From assembly GCA_047495785.1 (NCBI GenBank), contig JBLDXI010000042.1:2108001-2172000 (forward strand): a DNA stretch of 64,000 bases. The letters are read 5' to 3'. Below, piece by piece: positions 31,830-43,210 of the stretch; the first letter of the stretch is position 1, and each line of letters begins with the position of its first letter. A model generated the notes under the pieces. That model was not told where the DNA came from and did not search any database. It worked only from the letters and a program-made list of their open reading frames with translations. The position numbers and the translations under genes are program-made. This stretch comes from Lepidodermella squamata. Taxonomy: Eukaryota; Animalia; Gastrotricha.

Positions 31830-33944
31830 ATGCGAAACACTACATTTGCCGTCGATTCGGCTGGTGTTTCAGCCACAATTGTCAAGGGCAACCGGCGACG
31901 CTATCCGCTTCAAAAGGCCCGACTACTGGAGAAGTATCGCCGCAACAGAGGCGAAAGCTACTTCCGTAAAAAGCTTGTCTACCACAAGCATCGCAACAAG
32001 GCCCTGAGATACGTGAAAAGAAAAGCATCCCGCGTTGAGGCTAAAGCCGGCATTTTGTTAAAAAACTGCTGTAACAAATGGAAATGTTGGCAAAAGTTTT
32101 CAGACGAATCGATTCGATCCCTATCAACTTACTTTCGGAAATCGGGCCGTATCGATGATCAGCGGATTTTCCTATCTCGCTATGCGGCGATGGAGAAGAA
32201 AGGCTCGAGTAAGATCAGCCAAACTATGTACTCATTACCGGCTTCATATGCCCTTCCTGCTCACCAGCCGAAAATAGGACTGGCCTTAGCTCGTGTCGTA
32301 GTGTGTCGAAAGTTCTTTCTCAAGGCGCTCGATGTGACGCCTAAATTCGTCCGGTACACTTTGGAGAAGAAAGTCTCAAATTCAAACATGACAGTTGAGC
32401 CTGATAGAAGGAGAGCATCAACTACCGGGAAGAATGTCATCCCTCCGGAAACTGTTCTATCCATTAGCGAGTTCGTTCGAGCCAAACTGGAAACGTAAGT
32501 CTGATAACTCCCCCGGTTTATTTGACGATTTTACAAAAAAAGTTGTTTTTAGTGTTCAAAGCCACTATCAAAGGAATAATTCGAAAAGGGAGTACATTGA
32601 TAACTCAGTCACTATCAGAGGTCTTCATAGGGATTGGATTATTTCGCTTGGACCGAACCCTTCGATTCGAACAGTTGAATACGACACGTTTCGCCTCAAC
32701 TTTCATACGCTTTTCCCGAATGTTACTCTGAAAAAATGCCTCAAGGATCGATGCAAAGTCTGTCTTCGCTGGTCTTTAATGTCGCAGCAAGAGCGGGCTG
32801 CTAACCAAGCTGAATATGACGCTCATTTATTAGAGAAAAATTGCTCGAGGGAGGAAATGCATTTCGACAGAGAATTAGCGGCCGAGTCTTTAAAAGAGCC
32901 CGATGGCCCGCATTACGTCGTTCTGATGTTTGACTTTGAAAAGGTTCGCTGCTTGAATTCGTTAATTTGAAAAGGCTATATGATAATTGTTATAGGGCTT
33001 GCCAACTCCGTGCTGTGGGTTCTTGTATACTGATAAGCTGATCACTCACAACCTAACGATCTATGATGCCGGGACCCGAAAATCGACGGCCTATGTATAC
33101 GATGAAACAGAAGGTTTGCTTTTACTCGGAAGAAAGAACTCGGTTCCAAAATCCATCCGCTTTAGGTTCAACTGGTAGCACTGAAACCGGAAGCTGTCTC
33201 TACCACTATTTGGTCAATTTTCTCCCTGACACTTGTACCCACGTGGTTCTGTACAGCGATTCAACAGTCGGGCAAGGTTATTTTCCAAACTTGATTGAAT
33301 TCCTAATCCTAACTTTATCGATTTGAAAAGGTCGCAATCGATTTGTTCCAAATTATTATTGGCTCGCTCTACGGGATATCAACAACGCTCGTCGACTCAA
33401 CAACAAACCGGCCTTGAAATACATCGAGCACAAGTTCCTCATTCCAGGACACACGCATTTTCTGGTAATTTTTTCAATTTTCGTAAATTAGGATACAAAA
33501 GACTAAACAACCAGGGGAATACCCCGGTACCCGGTAACAGCAAAAATAGCGAAAATTACAGAAAAATTCCCATCAGCGGGTGAGTGGCTTGGGCTTGGTG
33601 AGTGTAATCACAGAGAACTGATTCTGAAGGCTTTCGTTTAAATTAACAAAAAAACTGAATTTTGCACAAATTCAGAGACTCAAGACCTAATTTTTGCTTT
33701 TGTTTATTTTAAGGTTGATGCTCAGCACAGTCTTGTGGAACAGTCGAGAGAACGATACAGCGGCATCATCTCTCATCCCCTTCAATGGCGAGAAATCATC
33801 CTGAAAGCTACAAACGACCCAGCTCCTTTTACGATCGTTGAGCCGAAATTCTCAGACTTCAAGGAATTTCGACAGTATCCGAATTTCTTTCAAACGCTTC
33901 AAGACTCAACAAGTGGACAGCAAATTGAAATTAATCAGAGATAA
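31830..33944 (+). mobile_element. Sola1-type DDD transposase gene, 6 exons, probably 3'-degenerate
   Basis: Spliced motifs CCNKWKC, VCRKFFLKALDV, SHYQR, DRCKVC, MFDFEK|GLPTP, LYSDSTVGQ|GRN, IEHKFLIPGHT, VDAQHSLVE; donors at 32495, 32944, 33114, 33277, 33465. TIRs not located. Confidence 0.8.
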
Positions 33945-34277
33945 ATATCTGAACAACGTATTTTCGCCATCTGAGCTGGATCTCAGTGAAGCTCCCTCGA
34001 AAAGTACCTGAAAACTTTCAAACCGTTGATATCGCTTCAGTAAATTTTCATTTTCATATTGAATGTTCGGAGAATAAATCTTATGATGTCAGATTCTTTT
34101 GTTATAATTAAGGTGTTTCAATTCGAGAATTTTCAGGCCATTTGAACCCTGATTTTTAGATCCAAAAATGAGAAATGAAATTGATAACATTGTTCATAGA
34201 AAACTGTCAAATAGATGCACAAGACACACAAAATTGATTATGTCATTCCCATCATTAAGGTAAAAAAAAGTAGACCC

Positions 34278-36542
34278 TTATTTCGATAGACCGAGCTGGT
34301 TCAACCCTATTTCGACTTTGTCAACTTTCCATCGCCAATACCACGCGACAGCACTAACGCCAGATATGATGAGCAAGCCGAAAGAAACCGCAGTTCTCTC
34401 AGTCACTGGTTGTCCCATTGTTGTGGCAGCGATTAAAATCAAAGCCGGATACAGCGTCGTAGAGGCACAAGCCCCGATATACAACGTTTTCAGCTCGTCC
34501 AACCCCTTCACGTGGCTCAATTGATAAGTTGGCAGCAAAGAGCTGAATAGCATTAGGAATATCGCTGCGCCAATGATTCCAAGCAAGCCCCAAGATGCCA
34601 GGCCAGATTCACGGCAGTAAATCGACTTGGTTTCCACAATTTCATCCTTGACTTCATCGTAGAATGGTTTGTTGTTCAGTTCGAGAGAGCAAGAGAAGCT
34701 CTGAACGAAAATCCATATGATGGATAGGCCAGTTATCAATACGAGGCAGAATCCTGTAGCCAGAGCTGTATTGCGGTCGAGGCGTTTCCAGGAGTTAATA
34801 CAGATAGCGACTGTAGCCTGATTCATGTTGCCAACCATGCTCGTTGTGGGTCGGCCACCAGACATCGTGCTTTTCGGTGTGGCTTTTCGACTGTGTTCCG
34901 CATGCGGCGCCTCAATTTGACCTCGAACGTGACGCATTATCAGGTGAAGCCGAGATGTTGTAGTCGCGAAGGTCAACGATCCACCTAAAATGGCGAGAAA
35001 TATCGAAGAAATCATTGGAATATCCTCGTTTGCGCCTAGACACGCTGATACATTCATGATTACGCAGCCCAAAGTTCCGACGATGTTCGAAATTTGAAAT
35101 CGGCCTTTAACAAAAATAGCGACCAGAATTTGTGAAATAGAGATTCCCGCGGCAAGAAGGTAAATCGCGATTTGAGTCCCCATGGGAGTTTTCTCGATGA
35201 TTACGCGAAGACTGGCCCTATCTTTTGGCGGTGAGCCAAGTGGCCAATCGATCGCTCGCAATAGCTTGACGTCAAATTCGTTTACTTCAAAGCTGCCTGG
35301 TTTGAGTTGAACACCGCGAACCACTGGGTATATTCCAAGTTTCGAGCTATAGGCATTTAACCCCATTGGGTCACCTAGAAAGTTACCTTCAGGACTGAAC
35401 GATTTTCGGCCTGAAAGCCCGTAATAATCCGAATCTAACAGTGCCTGATGGGCTTGTCCAGCCACTAACTCGGGGAATTTGTCGTAGTCAGCCAAGCCGA
35501 GGCCAAAGTTACGTCTCAGTCTATCTTCCGTTCGATTTAGAGCTAGAATAACGCCGGTTACCGTATCATGTTCAACATGGGGGAATATCATATTTTGAGG
35601 CAAGGCGCCCAAATTACGTTGAATCACATTGTGGAGAGATTGATAGTCGACTCCTAGATCGCTAGGCTTTGGATTTTCACCAAGTTCCACAGGACCAAAA
35701 ACAAACGAATGGCTCATCTGCTCTTGAATAACTTGCTGTGGGCACGAGCTAGGCAATGCAGGTGCGAAACCGCCCATTTGAAAGATGAAGACGTACCTAG
35801 GTCCAGTTAGACCTGCTCTATGGGCCTCGCATATGAACTGATTCACCAGGGGCGATGTTGATATTGATATCACTAAGACGCGTAGCCCGCTTTTCTTCAG
35901 ATTTTGAATGTCCTCGGGCGTAACTTCGTTATTCAAGATGTTGAAATACGGCATTGTCAGCCCGAGTTGGACAGATTTCTCGTAGAGAAGAAAAGCAAGG
36001 GCGTAGTCGTTAACATTCGCCGAGTTGGTAAGGATTCCATAATCCCGCCAATTGCCAACTTTTTTGATGAAAACCGCGACGGAAAGAAGTGTCAATCTCG
36101 ACGTAGTAACAGTGAGATGCAGCAATGGGTTGGCTTTCCGATCATCGAAAGAAATCGCTGCGCATAAATTGCTCCAAGCTACCATGCTGATTTGCCGAAG
36201 AAAAGGCGAGACGGCCTTGCAACCAGTTGAAAATGACGGCCCGATCATGATAGGGGCTTTTATTTCGTTTGGTTTAGCTTCATAGCGTAAGAAATCAATA
36301 ACCTGCTGTGCAGTGATAGTTCCACGCATTTCATCATAAGAAATTAGTTGAATTTCGTAATCTGGCAGAATATCGCTTCGGTTGTTCGCAATATCGACTA
36401 TCAACTGGCTGGTGAGAGCCATTGAAGCGGCGCTGCTTGGCTCCATTCCGAAACAGGGCTGAAAATTCAACAATAGCAGCTTTGTTTTGTTTTGATAAGC
36501 TGCTATCGATGTAATGAAGAGCAAACTTGTAAACACTTTCAT
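34278..36542 (-). CDS. Orphan class C GPCR, family A paralog, intronless, 754 aa
   Basis: Colinear and highly similar to the 1193-3466 product over its full length. Confidence 0.9.
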   Translation of the reverse strand: MKVFTSLLFITSIAAYQNKTKLLLLNFQPCFGMEPSSAASMALTSQLIVDIANNRSDILPDYEIQLISYDEMRGTITAQQVIDFLRYEAKPNEIKAPIMIGPSFSTGCKAVSPFLRQISMVAWSNLCAAISFDDRKANPLLHLTVTTSRLTLLSVAVFIKKVGNWRDYGILTNSANVNDYALAFLLYEKSVQLGLTMPYFNILNNEVTPEDIQNLKKSGLRVLVISISTSPLVNQFICEAHRAGLTGPRYVFIFQMGGFAPALPSSCPQQVIQEQMSHSFVFGPVELGENPKPSDLGVDYQSLHNVIQRNLGALPQNMIFPHVEHDTVTGVILALNRTEDRLRRNFGLGLADYDKFPELVAGQAHQALLDSDYYGLSGRKSFSPEGNFLGDPMGLNAYSSKLGIYPVVRGVQLKPGSFEVNEFDVKLLRAIDWPLGSPPKDRASLRVIIEKTPMGTQIAIYLLAAGISISQILVAIFVKGRFQISNIVGTLGCVIMNVSACLGANEDIPMISSIFLAILGGSLTFATTTSRLHLIMRHVRGQIEAPHAEHSRKATPKSTMSGGRPTTSMVGNMNQATVAICINSWKRLDRNTALATGFCLVLITGLSIIWIFVQSFSCSLELNNKPFYDEVKDEIVETKSIYCRESGLASWGLLGIIGAAIFLMLFSSLLPTYQLSHVKGLDELKTLYIGACASTTLYPALILIAATTMGQPVTERTAVSFGLLIISGVSAVAWYWRWKVDKVEIGLNQLGLSK

Positions 36543-37357
36543 TTTCAGGTTTCACTTTTTTATGAAGGCAAAGTAAAAAAAAATGCGCAAAAACGTTTCC
36601 TGGTTATATTGGCACATTCAATCTAGCTTAATAGCTTAATTAACTATAATTATTTTGTCTACACTGAATATGACCTGGGAATGCTGGCAATCAGCGTATC
36701 TGACTTCAACGTCCCGGCATTAATTTCGCTCATAAAATTGAGTTCGGGTGAATACTAGCTCGCATCTTTTAGTTATCATATAGTCTTTTCAAGCTATTAC
36801 CTCGATTAATTTAGCGACTAATTTCGAGAACTCATCTCGTAATCCCATGATAGTGACTTCTCCAGATTCAATCATGATGAATGACCTGTTTTGAAAGCTG
36901 GATTGGACAATTCGCAAGTTTCGACCTGTCAAGAGACATCTAAATTTGGCTAAATAACATTGAAATGTCTGATTAGGTCATTTTTCTAGGGATAAGGACA
37001 ACCCATGCATAAAAAGTTGCGCTCAATATCGACTCAAGCTCTAATCTCTAATGGCAGAACCACGATCGAGATTCTCCAATTGTTTCACCGGAAAACAAAG
37101 AAGGTTTAGTGTTTGAGCATGACTGCACCTGTCGAATCTCGTCATTTAGGAATTTTTCGCTCACAGGCTTATTACGAGAGGCCTAGAGTTACAGTTAGGG
37201 GCATGCCCTATTGTCCTCAAAGTGTGAGACATCATTATTTTGATCTATTTTACTACATCATTATTTGAATATATTTTACTATCACAGCACACAATTAAAC
37301 AGTAGTAGTGAGATAGATGTCTGTATAGGGTATAGGTAGGATTGAGATTTTTAAAGG

Positions 37358-37871
37358 TTAGACTCCAAACACAGCATTTATAGCCTGAAAAGCTTGAGCA
37401 AGATCCTCCGGCTTAGCCTGAACAGCAGCCTTAGTGAGCTCATCCATGATATCGAGTTCTTGAGGCTTGGCATTAACGATTCTCCCGATTAAAGTCGCAG
37501 CTACGTCTGTCTCCTCGGGCTTAGCATTCACAATTGTCTTCAAAATCTTAACAGCAGCCATCTTCTCATCTTCAGTTGCATTAACAGCCGCGCTAATGAT
37601 CGCGGCAAGGCGATCTTGATCGGTCTGGTCGAGCTTTTGCACTTCATTTGCCATGTCGCGGAGGGCTTTGAGGTCTTTCTTATCGAGACTGGCCGTTATC
37701 TTGGCTATATTCGCGACCTGAGAATCGCTGAGACCAATATCTTTCGCAATTGCCATTGGATTAGCCGCGGTTACACTTACTGCCTTAGATTGGAAAAAAA
37801 TTATATTGAATATTGCCGTTAATTTATGAAAGACTTACAATAGCAGCGATGTAAAAAATTGAGGCAACCAT
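37358..37871 (-). CDS. Secreted alpha-helical 18-residue-repeat protein (exons 37871-37839, 37783-37358), ~152 aa
   Basis: Splicing GTAAGT..TAAG builds the signal peptide MVASIFYIAAIAVSVTAA in frame with the 132-aa ORF. Confidence 0.75.
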
Positions 37872-38380
37872 GACGGTAAAAATTGAAAAATGAGCTAACC
37901 GAAATAGAGCGGAGACAATGAAAATTAAAAGATGCAAATGGCGATGTGAGTTGCGATTAGACTCGTTTGATTGCGTGGGCGCCGTCTATTTTTCAGCTGT
38001 TGTTTTTTTTCGATTTGGCGAATGCAAAAAATCGGCGGTGCAGTAAACCACTGCTTAAAAGAGAGATATGTTTACACGCGAAGACAATCATAACTTAGAC
38101 TGAGCGTTAGCGTAAGGTATGAGTTCAAGTGAAAGCTCGCATTGCCTAATTAAAAAAACAACAGCTGCATTTTGGGAGAAAACGGTCGTTCTGTGTGGAA
38201 ACGACAGTCAGAAGATTGCCGCAAAAGCTTATAAATTTGAACTTTTGCGGCAATCTTTTGACCTTCGTTTCCACCCTGAAATGCAGTAAGAAATACGACC
38301 GCTTTGAATGTTTGTACTTCGCTAAGAATCCTATGGCATTCTAATCAACAGAATAGCCTCAAAATTCAACAGCTCACAGG

Positions 38381-38522
38381 CAGGGTGCGAAGTATATGGG
38401 TGTCGCGACGCCTCAGCTCCGGGACTGCAGCTCGAGGAAGGCTGAAAAAACCACAAGGTTTCTCAGAAATGGTTCACAGGTCTTATATTAGGTAAGGCAG
38501 GTCGGTCTAAGTTCGCATCCAA
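38381..38522. mobile_element. hAT-like MITE (CAGGGTGCGAAGT end); related left end at 54577
   Basis: About 70 bp of similarity between 38381 and 54577; degenerate inverted end AGTTCGCATCC at ~38510-38520. Confidence 0.5.
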
Positions 38523-38532
38523 TTGATTCAAG

Positions 38533-38664
38533 CAGAGAGTGAAGTAGGACTGCGAACTGGTAAGGATAACAAAAATCGACACCCTTTGGTCTTTGACTGG
38601 TCTCACCGTACGGACCGATGGAACTGGTAAGGACGATCCCTACCTAGCGGTACGTCTCTCTCTT
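38533..38664. mobile_element. Second copy of the 17817 MITE family
   Basis: CAGAGAGTGAAGTAGGAC start; shared internal CCGATGGAACTGGTA; flanks GATTCAAG / GATTCATG. Confidence 0.7.
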
Positions 38665-39107
38665 GATTCATGTGGCTGCCAAAATTCGGGATTCGGGATC
38701 CCTACAACTTATTTACAGACTGGCAATCTCTAAAGCGTTTAAGGTTTTATCAAACGTGTCCAAAATAGGACAGTGTTTTTCTACTCGCCGCTATGTTCTC
38801 ATTACTCGTCTTTTGAAGCTCATAGTCTTTAATTGAGATGACGAAAAAACCCTGTGTTCTGAAATCATCTGACTAAACATTATTAGCGGCGCAAAAATAT
38901 GCTTTGCCAGCATGTTTTTTATACTTCCTAACTCAAGTGCGCTCAAGCATTATCTCAAAAAACTGCATAATGAAAACTGCATAAAAAAATAGAGTTGCTG
39001 TCCAGAAAAAACTCAACTGCTATCAAACAGGTGTTGGAAATCACACGTTATATCAGGAATGAGCCAATTAATACTTCATCCCGCCCGAGACTTCACTCCA
39101 AACCAAA

Positions 39108-39476
39108 ATGGCTACAAGAAATATTGGGTGTGGCGAGGCGAAATCTGAAATTTTTGCAACCCTACAGCGGCTAAAAATTCAGTTGGACAACTTTGAATCC
39201 GCTGTTTCAGCCTCCGACCTAGGAAACAACGATGATTTTGCTACGAAAATCGTCGAAAAACTGGAAACGATCTCGGAAAATCTAGTGAACATGCAATCCC
39301 AGTTTGAACGCAACGAGATCCAGCAACCGCCGTCTAAGCCCTTGAGAAAAGCAACAGCGACCGAATTTTACGACCAAGTCTATCGTGAAGTCTACGATAA
39401 AGTCTACGACAAAGTGTCTAGCCGCGAGCAGAAGAAACAGCGAAAAGTTCACTGGTGTGTTGTGTCGAAAATTTGA
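39108..39476 (+). CDS. Hypothetical 122-aa coiled-coil protein
   Basis: AAAATGG start context, heptad-like composition, AATAAA just after the stop; no recognised family. Confidence 0.5.
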   Translation: MATRNIGCGEAKSEIFATLQRLKIQLDNFESAVSASDLGNNDDFATKIVEKLETISENLVNMQSQFERNEIQQPPSKPLRKATATEFYDQVYREVYDKVYDKVSSREQKKQRKVHWCVVSKI

Positions 39477-39941
39477 ACAATAAAAGCTTTGAAATTGCTG
39501 GCTCCTTAAATTGTAGTCTTATGCACTCCAAAAATTCCGAATGGTAGCTTCCGGATTTTCTTGGGTTTTATGAGAAATTTCATGGTTGATCAGTATATCG
39601 CTTAATAAGATTCTGCATGTTCTGAATTGCGTTAATTTCAGGCCATTCTGTAATGCAGAAGATAGATGGGCAGCTTTTTGCTCATTGTTTACAAATTATA
39701 GTGATAATAAACCCAGTGAGTGTAGTAAAGCACTGAAATCGGCGTGCGCTTCAGTGCAGCATGTGGACTCACTCGCCGCAATGCAATGCATATGCCGTAA
39801 AGTGACGCATTAATGGCCGAGCATATTATAGCCTCAAGACATTAAAATGCAAACACATCATCTCGCATTGCGGTATCAACCTGTCGACGAGTGACCGCGA
39901 TTTTTTACAAGTCACATTTTAGGTATATTGTCTGAAATCAC

Positions 39942-41964
39942 ATGGCCAGGGTAGTTTTATCGATTTTTTCGTTGCTGGTGTGCCGATTGTCGTCTGTAAA
40001 CTGCCAAATGATGGTGCCGTCGAGTGGGCTCATTTTCCAATGCCAAATTCCGCTGGTAGAAAACGGCTACATCACTGCTTTGAATCCTGAGAATGGCATT
40101 GACACTGGCGTCATACAACAATGCGGGTCTTTGGTCGATATAGGCCGTGTTGTAGTCGTGCATTGCAATGCTGGGTTCAGATACGTCAACGCCACTGGGC
40201 AGCCAGTCAGTGCCATGGTCAGCTCATGCATTCCTTACAGCCAATGGAGTCCGCCTATCACGATTAGGTGCTCAAAAATAGCATGTAAGTGCCCAAAGAC
40301 ATTCAAAATCATTCGAAATTTTTTACTTTGGAAGTATTTTCGGAATTTTTCTAAAAATATTAAAATATTGAATATACTCCATTTCCTCAATTTTTTATCA
40401 GCTGGAATATTTTAAAAATTTTCCAAAAATTGGTTATTATTGGAATATCTTGTATTTCACGATTTTTCAAAATTCTTTGATTTTTCTTGCAATTATATGA
40501 ATTTTGAAAGTTATTCTATTTTTCGGAATTCTCAATACTTTCTGATCAATTCTAACGTATCTAAAGCCTTTCATTACCTAACTTTGAAGAGCAACTGCAA
40601 ATTTTCTAGTGTGCCCTCCTCAGTTGCCGTACTTGAGTAACGGAGTTTACTCGACAACTTTTACAAATGGCTATCAAAGTCCTTACATCGTCTGTAACTC
40701 TGGCTATCGACTCGTCGGCGAGCCTTTCATTCGATGCCAAACGGATGGAACTTGGTCCAGGCCAGGGTCTTGCATCCCCTGCGCAGAACAAACTGTACCG
40801 TACATTCCGCCAACGACTACAACGCCTTATTTCCAAACGATACCGACGTTTATACCACCACCGCAAACCACGCTGTTTCAACGGCAGTATCCTTGCCAGA
40901 ATGGATACTCGGTACCCTACTTTCTACGCTGTGATGGCAAAAATGACTGCGGTAAGCTTTGATAAATCGAAATGTTATATGTTATACGTTCGCACTCTGA
41001 ATTCTCACAACTTCCGTTAGTGCCCCATTTTCATTTGATAGGCTCAGCTTTTACTATAGAGTTATGCAGCGAAATGAGGATATCAGTCAAATGAAATGGG
41101 GGCTTTAACGTAATTTATGTAATTTGAAGGGGATAACACGGATGAATACGGCTGTGCTCCTGTGCCTACTTTCACTCCTCCCCCACCGGCTACGACCACT
41201 ACGCAATCATCGGTGAGTTACTACTTTAGCTAACATGGACACTATCTTTCCGTTGAAAACAGTTCACCCCAACGGTAGCGGAGCGGTACTGGCAATTGAG
41301 CAATGCCAGCGCGAATGCAAGCATACCCGCCACGCAACGGCTCATTACCGAAATCGACCAGTTAACCGGCAACCAATTCAACCCGAACCTGCGCGGCTCA
41401 ACCGACCCGCAGTGGCCAATGTGCATCGAAGTCGTCAATTTCACGTTCCTACACCGGGTCGCGTCTTGCCCAGGCATGAGCGCGGAACGCGCGCAGATTG
41501 GCCAAAATTTCCTCGACCGAGGCGCGGATCCTAATGTGAAGGAAACAAGCAATAATTACACCCCGCTGATGCTAGCTGCCGTCAACGGCCACTACGACCT
41601 CGCAAGGATTCTACTCGACCGAGGCGCGAATATTAACGAAAAATCCCGAGATGGCAACACTGCGATTATCTATGCAGCGAGTGGTGGAAATCCGGATGTT
41701 GTCCAGCTGTTGCTTAATCGAGGCGCGAATATTAATGATAAGAACAACGACGGCTGGACGCCGTTGATAACAGCAGCGTGGAAGGGCAATATTGCTGTAG
41801 TGAGGGTGCTAGCCGAACGCGGAGCTCCGTTGAACGAACGGAATAGCTACGGCTGGACGGCTCTTTTAGCGGCTGGTAATCAAGGAAAGGCCGATGTTGC
41901 AAGATATTTGATAGAAAGAGGCGCGTATCGGGCGGATTGCACGTATCCTGTTTGCCAGATTTAG
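39942..41964 (+). CDS. Signal peptide-Sushi-Sushi-LDLa-ankyrin repeat protein, ~489 aa (exons 39942-40284, 40610-40951, 41130-41212, 41263-41964)
   Basis: All joins are GT-AG and in frame; CCP motifs (CNAGF, CNSGYRLVG...C...GTWS); LDLa CDGKNDCGDNTDEYGC across intron 2; about 5 ankyrin repeats (TPLMLAA, TAIIYAA, TPLITAA, TALLAA). Confidence 0.8.
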
Positions 41965-42244
41965 CTTTCTTATCCTTTCTTTTTTGTAAGCTTCCCCACT
42001 GAGGTATGTAGCTTTGGAATATCGGTGAGAATTTCGCTTTGATAACAACAAATATTTGTACCTCTATCGCTGATTTTTTAAATAATAAAAATTCATTTTT
42101 CTGCGATTCAAAAATTCGATTTTTCACGAATAATTATACCAGTTTTATTACAGTGTAATAAATGGGTTTGTATGTAAAGCAGGAATAAATAATAAAAATA
42201 ACAAATAACAAGTAAATAATTAGTAATTTGATTAAAAGGTTATA

Positions 42245-42317
42245 CGACTCTGCCAGGAGTCGAACCTGGAATCTCCTGATCCGTAGTCAGGCGCGTTATC
42301 CATTGCGCCACAGAGCC
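42245..42317 (-). tRNA. tRNA-Arg-ACG: tRNA-Arg (anticodon ACG)
   Basis: Reverse complement GGCTCTGTGGCGCAATGGATAACGCGCCTGACTACGGATCAGGAGATTCCAGGTTCGACTCCTGGCAGAGTCG is 73 nt and folds as a cloverleaf. Confidence 0.95.
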
Positions 42318-43210
42318 TTGTAAGAATATACGGGCGCTATTTCATTTATGTAATGCTCAAGTATCGATCATGCGACGCTGAGTGCTGCGATTCGTATAAA
42401 GAACGCGCGCACGCATAATATTAATAATCATTTTTCGCATAATAATAGCGCGTATTCGCGTTCTGCTAGTATTATTATGTGTGTGTGCGTGTGCCGCAGT
42501 ACTCGCATGCGAGAAGCACTGCTGCATCAAAAGTGCACGCATTATCAGCCGCATATTAAACGAGTGAAAATCTGCTGAAATAGATAAGATGGTAAAGACT
42601 TTACTACTATAGCTGATATAACAAGAAAAAAATAGGGTAAATACCTGCTAAAACAAAGATATGAGCGTAATGACCCCGTTTCAGTTGATGCGAGTAGCAA
42701 TAAAACAACGCAATTGTGCCTATCGCTATCATGTGAAAATGGGTAATTAGCATTTCAACGCATGTTTTATGGCTTAATAAGCACATGTCACTCATTATTT
42801 GGTCACTACGTCCCCATTAAATAGAGTGATGTTGAATGACATACAAATTCAATAAAATTCCAATAAATTAATGAAGAAAAATTTTATAAAAAAAGTTAAA
42901 TTTTCAGAAATTATTTTTATATGTTCAATATTTATTTCTAAATTCTGAAGAATTTAAAAATACCGGCCTTGATTGCCCTAAATTGCCCCGCTCTTCGCGC
43001 ATGAGTTAAGGTTGGAATAAGGAGATGGCACTGAACCAAAATTATTCATCAGCTTTGACGGATGGTAATATGCAATAACATGAGGTGAATGATTTATGAC
43101 TCGGGTGCAAATATTTGCGTTCATAACAGCTTTGAAATTTCAAACTTGAAAAAACATATTTTTCAACAATTGCTCACAAAACAATTTCGAAATCATTTTT
43201 TCGCGAACCC

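Noticed and set aside
38195-38274. 80-bp hairpin as a pre-miRNA (similar hairpin at 41015-41110)
   Set aside because: Lies among MITEs and is more likely a tiny palindromic MITE; no expression evidence.
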